Part shown: in pieces, positions 29,127-37,992 of the stretch | Numbering within the stretch: position 1 is the stretch's first letter | How the letters are laid out: every line of letters begins with the position of its first letter | Position numbers and translations under genes: made by a program | Source: Babesia bigemina | Taxonomy: Eukaryota | Assembly (NCBI RefSeq): GCF_000981445.1 | Contig: NW_012237362.1 | Span: 1-37,992, forward strand | Direction: 5' to 3' | Length of the DNA stretch: 37,992 nucleotides | The notes under the pieces: generated by a model | What the model was told of the DNA's origin: nothing | The model's input: only the letters and a program-made list of their open reading frames with translations | Database searches by the model: none

Positions 29127-29666
29127 TTAGCTGTAAAACGCGATGCAGAAGGGTATCTTGCGTACGAGGAAATCGCGGATGTTGCGGCCCACCGGGAAGC
29201 GGAAGATGCACAGGTCGAGCAGGATGATGGCAACGATGACGGCGGCGATGACGGAGTAGGGAGGGGGGGAAGGTGTGGAGGCAGAATGAGATTCGTTTTC
29301 ATCAATGAGAGCTTCGGTACGGGATGCATGATCTTGACCGCCGGCGTGAGGCTGAGCATCGGAGGAATCAGAGAGAGGGCGTGGAGCGGGGGGACTGCAG
29401 GTTTCAGGCTGCTCTTGACATTTCTGTATGCAACAGTTACATGGACAAGTGGGTTCAGTGCATTCTTTTTTTTTGGAACGACATCCCTTAGGATGACATT
29501 CCTTTGGACCCGAGTCCCTGTAGAAATACCAAATCAAACATACACGGCATGATTGAGTCTTACATACTTTACAACACCAGCGACAGCAGTTACACGTTTG
29601 ATAAGTTATACAACTATAATCACACTCCGAACACGGAGCACCTGACCTAATCGTTATTCCCGACAT
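29127..29666 (-). CDS. Small Cys-rich protein with C-terminal TM, paralog 2 (179 aa)
   Basis: ATG start; same Cys register as paralog 1 (CxCCxxCCxxC...CPCxCC), Pro/Ser/acidic linker, TM (VIAAVIVAIILLDLCIF). Confidence 0.78.
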   Translation of the reverse strand: MSGITIRSGAPCSECDYSCITYQTCNCCRWCCKVCKTQSCRVCLIWYFYRDSGPKECHPKGCRSKKKECTEPTCPCNCCIQKCQEQPETCSPPAPRPLSDSSDAQPHAGGQDHASRTEALIDENESHSASTPSPPPYSVIAAVIVAIILLDLCIFRFPVGRNIRDFLVRKIPFCIAFYS

Positions 29667-29667
29667 C

Positions 29668-29947
29668 TTCCCTCAGCCTGCAGACATATCAATCACTCAA
29701 GCAGCACTCACCAACTGCAACACGTACCACTGCCGCTCCCAGTCCCCTCAGCCTGCAAACATATCAATCACTCAAGCAGCACTCACCAACTGCAACACGT
29801 ACCACTGCCGCTCCCAGTCCCCTCACCCTGCAGACATATCAATCACTCAAGCAGCACTCACCAACTGCAACACGTACCACTGCCGCTCCCAGTCCCCTCA
29901 CCCTGCAGACATGTCAATCACCTAGCAACGCACTCACCAACTGCAAC
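29668..29947 (-). repeat. Array E, 4 units (~75 nt)
   Basis: Same unit as 20485-21631; the last CAG lies 11 nt before ATG 29666. Confidence 0.92.
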
Positions 29948-29959
29948 ATGACTTACTTA

Positions 29960-30452
29960 ACCCTCACCCCTGTATCCACCCAGCCCAGGCCACCGACACC
30001 CACGCTGCCCAGGATACCACGGTTACGCCTGACGCGACGCATGTTATCGGCACCAACTGTCACTCTAAATTACTCACTATTCGCAACGCCATTAAAATTG
30101 CAGCGAACCCCGTGCGCTCAACTCCCACAGTGCAGCAGCACCGTGCTACGAGCCGCGGTATCGGCGCCATACTGGCGGAGCGTGTCGGCTACGTGCCTAA
30201 ATGTGATATTAACAATCGCTACATCGCTGCCTATAAACGCTACTTAACGAGGCCAACGCCGATTACGCCACCGTGCCAGCGACTCGCAACACACGACTTA
30301 GGTCACCCGCCGCGGCCTTCACGACCGCCTACGTTAGAAACCAATCACCCAGCCTCACGTGACACTGACTCAATAGGCAACGCAGACACCTCTCACAGTC
30401 AACGCACAGCTCAACGCAACAACCAACTTGCCATATTACGTTTCATCCGCCA
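29960..30452 (-). promoter_or_regulatory. Second copy of the conserved ~500-bp block
   Basis: Near-identical to 21643-22150. Confidence 0.55.
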
Positions 30453-30785
30453 GCTTACCACTTTGCCTGGTTGCTAGCTTAGCACTTTGCCTGTGTGCTA
30501 GCTTACCACTTTGCCTGTGTGCCAGCTTACCACTTTGCTTGTGTGCTAGCTTACCACTTTGCCTGGTTGCTTGCTTAGCACTTTGCCTGGGTGCCAGCTT
30601 ACCACTTTGCCTGTGTGCTAGCTTAGCACTTTGCCTGGTCGCCAGCTTAGCACGTTGCCTGGGTGCCAGCTTAGCACTTTGCCTGGGTGCCAGCTTAGCA
30701 CTTTGCCTGGTCGCTAGGTCAACACTTAGCCTGGTTGCTTGCTCAGCACTTTGCCTGTGTGCCAGCTTAGCACTTAGCTTGGTCG
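30452..30785 (+). repeat. Array D (24-mer)
   Basis: Directly visible; 3' of copy 5. Confidence 0.93.
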
Positions 30786-30936
30786 TTTACTCATCACTTA
30801 ATCTTAACGCTATTTAGTTCACAGGTTGCCGCTAGAGTAATTCAAAACATTAGACTACGTTTGTTATTTAGGTGAGTAGGTGATTCTCTAAGTGAGTAGT
30901 TACGTGAGTTGATGTGAATTACAGACGTGAGTACGA

Positions 30937-33900
30937 TCACGGTTGCAGGTACGATATCTTGGCAAGCCTTCCGACTTGCGCTGCTGCCAACAATGATTGC
31001 GCTGTTATCTTGTGCGACGACGGTATCCTCAGGTGTGAGCGTATGTGGAGCACATCCAGTCTGCCAACCATTACGCAGAGGAGGTAGAAGAGAGATAGCG
31101 ACCAAAGTGCCAGGACGAGATAGGTGAACGGTTCTCTGATGGTCCAAATGAAGTTGTCACACTCGGTGAACAGGTCTTTGAAATATGATGATTCTACCAC
31201 GTTTCTAAGTTGACTGTAGAAGTCACGACAATACCGTCGTTCGTTCACATCTAACAGCTTTGTTGAATTGCCGAATGTAAAACCGTAATTATAAAATGTG
31301 CTCAGCACACCTCCGCAACGTACAAGTGCGTGGCACTTACAGTTGTAGCCGACACCGTGTTGACCTGGTCTACACTTGTCGCCCTGTTGACATTTTCTGC
31401 ATCCCCAGTCCTGGCAGGAGATGCTTTGGAATGCATTCAAAAAGGATTTAAGATATCCGTGTAGTCTCCATGGAAGATATATAGCCCACGAAAGGTAGTT
31501 GTCCGCATGCTTTTCTGCCAAATAATATTGCGAATCATGACATAGTGACGCCAGATAAGGAGCACAAAATACCTCCTTGTTAGGTAGAATGCACGACTTT
31601 GAATTCGAAAGGCTTGACATGGCAGCTTTTGTGTGATCGATATGATTGTCACCATGGCTGGTCTGACTGCCGCTGTATGCATTTCTAAGGGCACCCGTCA
31701 GATCGGAAGGACGGCTATATAATTGAATTGATTGGTTGGAAATAGAGTCCATTAGCCATCTGAGAAGCGAGTGACTGCCATTGGTGTTCCATCCGTCGAC
31801 TAAGGATAACGTGAAACCGAAGAGCTCAGGTAGAGTAGATGGTGGTCTCGGTATAAGGGAGAAAATACATGAAATATCATCGAAGTTGAGGAACGCATCT
31901 ATAATTTCGAAAAGGTCCCCACCTGTTTTAGTGGATCCAGAAAACCCTCTGAAGCCAAGGGGAGTCAAGCAAGGCATACCTGGTGTTAATTTGGGACATG
32001 TCCTACATTCGGATTTACAGCCAACACTCGTTAAGTGATGCGGCAGATGGCCCGGCAGACAGTCGTTCAGATAGCACATTAGTGGCGACGTAGGTTGGCA
32101 ATTTGGTTTGCATTTTGGTTCGCACGTTGGTTCTGTCTCTGGTTGCTTGCTACATTGCCATTTGGTCGTAGGGGTATCTTTACCGTACTGGCACCCTGCC
32201 CAGCCGTGATGTTTCGCAGTCAGATTGCACTGGCTGTACAAGAATCTGAAAACGGGAAACACTCTGCGAAGCATTTCTAATAAAATCTGGAGACACTCGT
32301 CGCCCGATGTTGGATATTTCAACTTCAATGAATTATTGGAGAAGTCAGAAGCGTACATGGTGTACGCGTCACCGTTACCTAGAACTTTAGCCAGAACGTC
32401 ATACGCCTTTGATGTGATATGCGTTACAATGCTGCTAACTTTGCTGTATGTAATGTCGTTAGGGTACGCTATTATCGGCGCGTCGCTTATGGCTGTAACA
32501 GTGATAGAGTCGTCCGCACCGTCTTCTTTCTGCTCGACAAACAGGTCGCTGACAGTTACGTCGCGCATAGTTGTATATACGGGATTATGCGGTAGGCCGG
32601 AAAACCAACAAAGCATTTCGAATATGTTACAGGGTATCTTGGGCTTAGGGTGGACTATGAAGTGGCAAACGTCGTTATATTCGTTTAGGTAATTAAATAT
32701 ATTGTCAATAACGCCAATGAGATAGTATTCATTAGTGGGAGATATGACGGTACCCGCGAGGAAACCACCAATGGTATTACCTGTGCACTCTGGCTTATTC
32801 CTCAACTCGCCTTCATGGGAATCGTTTTCCTTCGAAACTGCGTATCCAAGGCGTTGCATATATCTGCCAAGCGCATTTACCGTCTTGTACTTCGCGTTCT
32901 CGACAGAAACATTAATTCGTTTTCCACCCCAACTACCTCCGTCCGTGCACTTCCCCTTCAGCTCGGTGAAATTTTCCAAGAGCATTGGTATGCAAGTAAA
33001 CAAGATTTTGGCATAATTATTTTGATGCTCTTTTTTCCACTCTTCACCCTCATACCCGTTCACATACATCCTCTCCAGCTCCCCGACGAACTGCTCCAGG
33101 CTTCGGGGAAAGGCGTCGAGCACGGGGTAGGATGCGTTGCCGAAGTGCGAGGAGGTGAAGGTGGTAAGGGACGTCTTGAGCGTTTCTAGCATCCCGGGCA
33201 CCTGGTGGTCGAAGTGTTGCTTAGCGCTGATGTGGGTGAGGAGATCGGTGAGGTTCGAGCGGATGGTGGTGATACGGTTGGGATAGTCACCGATGACCCG
33301 AGGCTGGGAGGCGAAAATCTGTTTGAGGTCTTTTTGCAGGTAATCGAAGATGTGTTCAGAATAGTTCTTGAGATTGTCGATTAGCGATTTCACTTTCTCT
33401 CCATGTTGCTGAGCCCCGTCAAGATCGCTCTTCACTGGGTCGAGCAGATTGGACTTCTGAGCTTTAGGAGGGATATGCTTCGGACGCTCCTCATAACCAG
33501 CCAAATAAATGTCGACATAATCCCCGCTCAGCGTCTTGAGGAAGCCCTTCAGGCCGGTGTTGAGGTTTTTGTTGATAATTTCTGTTATCGACTCGAGTTG
33601 CTCTATAACGCAGAGTTGCAATTCTTGATTCTCTCTTAATCTACGCGCGGCATATATCTCTCGCGTTTTGCTTATAATCGCGTCATTTGTCACTCGAAAT
33701 CGTTGCTCAATGTGTTCTCTGATTAGTTGGATACCTTGATTCACTTGTCCGGGAATAGTTTCATTATGAAAAACTTTCGCTTTATCGATTAATGTTTTCA
33801 AATTCGATGTAACAGTATTAGCAATGAGATCGTCGATGCGTTTTTTGATTTTGTGAAGCGTATTATGCTCGTCATCAGGGCCTGCACCAATCATGGTTTT

Positions 33901-35844
33901 GAGACCTCTCAATAGTTGCTTTATGCCATCATCATTACCTGCTGAGCTTATTGTCTCTTTGTCAACTAGCGCCTTAATGTCGTTTGCAAATGTTTCTAAT
34001 GAGTTCTGAAAACTTTTTAATTGGTCCGAAAATGTACTGTCGGAATATTCTTCACCACCACTGTGCCTTGCAGCATTTAGGACATCGTAACCTAGAGATT
34101 GCACTTTTTCGATTTCAGTGTTGAGTAGGTCTTTTTTCCCTTTTGCTCCAGTATACTCTTGAAAAGACGAAGCAGCTACAGTAACTTTACCTCCTTCAAC
34201 TGTAATGCCATCTCCTAATTCTTCTTTTATTCCCCTTATTAATCCTGTGAAATTGCCGTCGCCTCCACGTCCATTGCCATTTTTCATCTGCTCATGATAC
34301 TCTGTCATAATATTGCTAAGTTCCATGACATTCGTAGTGCCTGGTATGACTCCCTGTATCTCTTTATGAAAGTCGTTACCGATTGCTGTAAAGAGAGATT
34401 TTTCTATATCACCATTCTTGCGCCTCGCACTTTTTATGCTTTCCAAGGCGTACATTATAGCTTTTAATGGCGCATTTCGTTCTCCAGATTGTGAAAGGTT
34501 AATACCAGAAGAGCTTCTAACTTTCTCAAGGCCATCTCTGGCTGCCTCTACAAGCCAAAGCATGAGGTCCGTGCCTTCAAGTTTTAGGGAAGATACAACA
34601 ACAGGACTCCAATTAGTTGTGGCAGCGTCTGCTATTCCGCCGAACGTTCCTACACTAAACTTGTTTACGAATTTATGTATACCCTGCTTAACAATCGCAT
34701 CTCTGAGATTCACCACACCTTTCCTGACAGCTTCGTCCACTTTGGAAATACCGCTCAAAGCTTCGTCTACATCATTTACCACATTACTAACCACGTCTTG
34801 AATTTTTTTAGTGTACAGTTTTTCCAAGGCTATAACCGCTTCACTAATGATTCCATTCAAGCCGCGTAGCCCCTTCTTCGCTTGCTGTACAGACTTCCAA
34901 AGCGTGTCGGCACTTTGTTTCAATCTTACTGCCGCATATTCGACCGTCTGATATTTTGTACCTGATATGTTCTTTGTATCGAATTTTCCTAAAACTTTCT
35001 CTACTGTCACCAGAGCGTCCGTCACTAGGTGCTCTGCTGTCGCAATCCATCTAATGAGAATATTGTTTATGCCATGAAGTTCCAATTTAATTTTAGAAAT
35101 CGGCGTCTGAATCTCGCTTTCGAACCTATTCTTTAAATTACTCTCCATACTCGTTATTATTTTCTTAACATTCTCGTTCACACCCTGCTTAAGCATCGAT
35201 AGCTCTGTTCTAGCCGCCTTATTAAGTGCATCCAAATCTTTATTCTCACAACTTGTTCGGAAACATTTCACAGCCTGTTGTATCAATTTCATTGGTGTTT
35301 CTAACCGTTTTCGTAGATCACAGTCCAGATTTGGCATAGCCTCTTCCGCCTCCTCCACCTTATCAAGGTACTCCTTGGACCGCCTCGCCCAGTCCTTGAA
35401 CTGCTTGTCAAGCGAATTACTTTTTTCTTTCTGAATATCATTTTGATGCTCAGCGATGCGTTGTTCAAGATTTTCTAATGGCATTTTAACCTCCTTAGTT
35501 CGTTCGTCAAAAAAGTGTTCCCACCCGGACAGCAAGGACGAGACAAGCTTCATGACCTCAACTAAGCCTTTATGTCCGTTTCCTACGTATTTTTTTATTT
35601 TTTCTACAAATTCATCGACGTTTATTACATACGTTTTAACCGCTTCATCATCTTTCACCGCTTCAAGCACACCACTCAAAAATCCCATCACTCCATCACA
35701 CAGCCTATCCAAGTCAGAGTACACAATACCAGTGCCGTCGTAGCCTTTGGAGTCTTTGTTGAAGCCGAGGAAGGTTTCGAGGTCAGTGCAGAGGTTATTA
35801 AGGATGTTATTAGGGTTGTTATTTGAGGTAATTTTAAGGTTCAA
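30937..35844 (-). CDS. ves1: VESA1-like antigen, copy 5 (first ATG 35688, ~1583 aa); mosaic
   Basis: 1635-aa ORF with the family motifs; central block like copy 2, tail like copies 3/4. Confidence 0.88.
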   Translation of the reverse strand: MNLKITSNNNPNNILNNLCTDLETFLGFNKDSKGYDGTGIVYSDLDRLCDGVMGFLSGVLEAVKDDEAVKTYVINVDEFVEKIKKYVGNGHKGLVEVMKLVSSLLSGWEHFFDERTKEVKMPLENLEQRIAEHQNDIQKEKSNSLDKQFKDWARRSKEYLDKVEEAEEAMPNLDCDLRKRLETPMKLIQQAVKCFRTSCENKDLDALNKAARTELSMLKQGVNENVKKIITSMESNLKNRFESEIQTPISKIKLELHGINNILIRWIATAEHLVTDALVTVEKVLGKFDTKNISGTKYQTVEYAAVRLKQSADTLWKSVQQAKKGLRGLNGIISEAVIALEKLYTKKIQDVVSNVVNDVDEALSGISKVDEAVRKGVVNLRDAIVKQGIHKFVNKFSVGTFGGIADAATTNWSPVVVSSLKLEGTDLMLWLVEAARDGLEKVRSSSGINLSQSGERNAPLKAIMYALESIKSARRKNGDIEKSLFTAIGNDFHKEIQGVIPGTTNVMELSNIMTEYHEQMKNGNGRGGDGNFTGLIRGIKEELGDGITVEGGKVTVAASSFQEYTGAKGKKDLLNTEIEKVQSLGYDVLNAARHSGGEEYSDSTFSDQLKSFQNSLETFANDIKALVDKETISSAGNDDGIKQLLRGLKTMIGAGPDDEHNTLHKIKKRIDDLIANTVTSNLKTLIDKAKVFHNETIPGQVNQGIQLIREHIEQRFRVTNDAIISKTREIYAARRLRENQELQLCVIEQLESITEIINKNLNTGLKGFLKTLSGDYVDIYLAGYEERPKHIPPKAQKSNLLDPVKSDLDGAQQHGEKVKSLIDNLKNYSEHIFDYLQKDLKQIFASQPRVIGDYPNRITTIRSNLTDLLTHISAKQHFDHQVPGMLETLKTSLTTFTSSHFGNASYPVLDAFPRSLEQFVGELERMYVNGYEGEEWKKEHQNNYAKILFTCIPMLLENFTELKGKCTDGGSWGGKRINVSVENAKYKTVNALGRYMQRLGYAVSKENDSHEGELRNKPECTGNTIGGFLAGTVISPTNEYYLIGVIDNIFNYLNEYNDVCHFIVHPKPKIPCNIFEMLCWFSGLPHNPVYTTMRDVTVSDLFVEQKEDGADDSITVTAISDAPIIAYPNDITYSKVSSIVTHITSKAYDVLAKVLGNGDAYTMYASDFSNNSLKLKYPTSGDECLQILLEMLRRVFPVFRFLYSQCNLTAKHHGWAGCQYGKDTPTTKWQCSKQPETEPTCEPKCKPNCQPTSPLMCYLNDCLPGHLPHHLTSVGCKSECRTCPKLTPGMPCLTPLGFRGFSGSTKTGGDLFEIIDAFLNFDDISCIFSLIPRPPSTLPELFGFTLSLVDGWNTNGSHSLLRWLMDSISNQSIQLYSRPSDLTGALRNAYSGSQTSHGDNHIDHTKAAMSSLSNSKSCILPNKEVFCAPYLASLCHDSQYYLAEKHADNYLSWAIYLPWRLHGYLKSFLNAFQSISCQDWGCRKCQQGDKCRPGQHGVGYNCKCHALVRCGGVLSTFYNYGFTFGNSTKLLDVNERRYCRDFYSQLRNVVESSYFKDLFTECDNFIWTIREPFTYLVLALWSLSLFYLLCVMVGRLDVLHIRSHLRIPSSHKITAQSLLAAAQVGRLAKISYLQP

Positions 35845-35924
35845 AATTTTGTCAAATTACTTGTCAAGCTCACTAGGCGGCACATGGTCAGGGCAGTGGC
35901 AAGAGGTGGAAGAGGGGAAGGGAA

Positions 35925-35992
35925 GGGTGACAAGGCACAAGTTATTATTGTGGTCTAAAGAGGTCACAGCGGTATTATGGCGAGGTAATTAA
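35925..35992 (-). promoter_or_regulatory. Conserved ves 5' leader motif, copy 5
   Basis: Identical by eye to the copy 4 leader; GTG 35967, in-frame TAA 35859-35857. Confidence 0.6.
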
Positions 35993-35993
35993 A

Positions 35994-37992
35994 GGGATGT
36001 AGAGTGGGTTAGGGAGCGATGTGGAGTGGTTTAAGGGGCGATGTAGAGTGGATAAAAGAGCGATGTAGAGTGGGTTAGGGAGCGATGTAGAGTGGGTTAG
36101 GGAGCGATGTAGAGTGGATAAAGGAGCGATGTGGAGTGGATTAAGGAGCGATGTAGAGTGGGTTAAGGGGCGATGTAGAGTGGACAAAGCGGCGATGTAG
36201 AGTGGGTTAAGGGGCGATGTAGAGTGGATTAGGGAGCGATGTAGAGTGAATGAAGGAGCGATGTAGAGTGGGTTAAGGGGCGATGTAGAGTGGATAAAGG
36301 AGCGATGTGGAGTGGATTAAGGAGCGATGTAGAGTGGGTTAAGGGGCGATGTAGAGTGGACAAAGGGGCGATGTAGAGTGGATAGAGGAGCGATGTAGAG
36401 TGGGTTAAGGGGCGATGTAGAGTGGATAGAGGAGCGATGTAGAGTGGGTTAAGGGGCGATGTAGAGTGGGTTAAGGGGCGATGGAGAGTGGATAAAGGGG
36501 CGATTAGAGGAGGTTAAGGGGCGATTAGAGGAGGTTAAGGGGCGATGTAGAGTGGATAAAGGAGCGATGTAGAGTGGATAAGGGAGCGATGTAGAGTGGG
36601 TAAAGGGGCGATGTGGAGTGGGTAAAGGAGCGATGTAGAGTGGGTAAAGGAGCGATGTGGAGTGGATTAGGGAGCGATGTAGAGTGGGTAAAGGGGCAAT
36701 GTAGAGTGGGTAAAGGGGCGATGTAGAGTGGATAAAGGAGCGATGTAGAGTGGGTTAAGGGGCGATGTAGAGTGGGTTAGGGAGCGATGTGGAGTGGGTT
36801 AGGGAGCGATGTAGAGTGGGTTAGGGAGCGATGTAGAGTGGGTTAGGGAGCGATGTAGAGTGGGTTAAGGAGCGATGTAGAGTGGGTAAAGGAGCGATGT
36901 AAGTTGGATAAAGGGGCGATGTAGAGTGGGTTAGGGAGCGATGTAGAGTGGGTTAAGGGGCGATGAAGAGTGGGTAAAGGGGCGATGTAGAGTGGATTAA
37001 GGGGCGATGTGGAGTGGATAAGGGAGCGATGTAGAGTGGATAAAGGGGCGATGTGGAGTAGGTAAAGGGGCGATGTAGAGTGGGTTAAGGGGCGATGTAG
37101 GGTGGATAAAGGGGCGATGTGGAGTGTATAAAGGGGCGATGTAGAGTGGGTTAGGGAGCGATGAAGAGTGGATAAAGGGGCGATGTAGAGTGGATAAAGG
37201 GGCGATGTAGAGTGGGTAAGGGAGCGATGTAGAGTGGGTTAGGGAGCGATGTAGAGTGGATTAAGGAGCGATGTAGAGTGGGTTAAGGAGCGATGTAGAG
37301 TGGATAAAGGAGCGATGTAGAGTTGATAAAGGGGCGATGTAGAGTGGTTTAGGGAGCGATGTAGAGTGGGTTAAGGGGCGATGTAGAGTGGGTAAAGGGG
37401 CGATGTAGAGTGGATAAAGGGGCGATGTGGAGTGGATAAAGGGGCGATGTGGAGTGGGTTAGGGAGCGATGAAGAGTGGGTTAGCGAGCGATGTAGAGTG
37501 GGTAAAGGGGCGATGTAGAGTGGGTTAAGGGGCGATGTAGAGTGGATAAAGGGGCGATGTAGGGTGGATAAGGGAGCGATGTGGAGTGGGTTAGGCAGCG
37601 AGGTAGAGTGGATAAAGGGGCGATGTAGAGTGGGTTAGGGAGCGATGTGGAGTGGGTTAGGCAGCGATGTAGAGTGGGTTAGGGAGCGATGTAGAGTGGG
37701 TTAAGGGGCGATGTAGAGTGGATAAGCGGCGATGTAGAGTGGGTTAAGGGGCGATGTAGAGTGGATAAAGGGGCGATGTAGAGTGGATAAAGGGGCGATG
37801 TAGAGTGGATAAAGGGGCGATGTAGAGTGGGTTAGGGAGCGATGGAGAGTGGGTTAAGGAGCGATGTGGAGTGGATTAGGGAGCGATGTGGAGTGGATAA
37901 GGGAGCGATGTAGAGTGGGTTAGGGAGCGATGTAGAGTGGGTTAAGGGGCGATGTAAAGTGGGTAAAGCGGCGATGTAGAGTGGGTTAAGGG
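35994..37992 (+). repeat. Array A, at least 2 kb (~90 units), runs off window end
   Basis: Directly visible. Confidence 0.98.

Noticed and set aside
6009..35826. Many + strand and alternate-frame ORFs overlapping the ves genes
   Set aside because: Shadow ORFs of long coding frames, mostly with non-ATG starts and no coherent protein features.
35994..37992. True telomere at the window end
   Set aside because: The unit is 22 nt rather than a pure 6-7-nt telomeric repeat, and the same array occurs internally four more times.
1..37992. Transposon, retroelement, tRNA or rRNA
   Set aside because: No transposase, RT or integrase motifs in the ORFs and no recognisable structural RNA signatures by eye.

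Overview
Eukaryotic parasite DNA, most likely a Babesia (B. ovata/B. bigemina-like; inferred from protein motifs only). The window is a head-to-tail array of five long, uninterrupted minus-strand ORFs of the ves1/VESA1 variant-surface-antigen family; copy 1 runs off the window start. Two small Cys-rich single-TM genes and a 41-aa TM micro-ORF lie between them. The intergenic DNA follows a fixed order on the + strand: conserved leader, G-rich 22-mer array A, spacer, 20-mer array B, 12-mer array C, an optional [small gene + 76-mer array E + conserved ~500-bp block], then 24-mer array D (absent next to copy 2) and the next ves 3' flank. Most notable: (1) each ves copy has an intact multi-kb frame but a broken 5' leader (in-frame TAA, or a start out of frame by one base); (2) arrays A and B are related repeats in inverted orientation, and B also carries a core complementary to C; (3) array E looks like tandemly repeated intron+micro-exon units; (4) the ves copies are mosaics whose flanks are homogenised independently of the coding sequence; (5) the small genes keep an 18-Cys framework with variable loops. 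Together this suggests, by inference, a repeat-flanked cassette archive for antigenic variation with a companion small-protein family. Coordinates and unit counts were read by eye, and no database search was possible.
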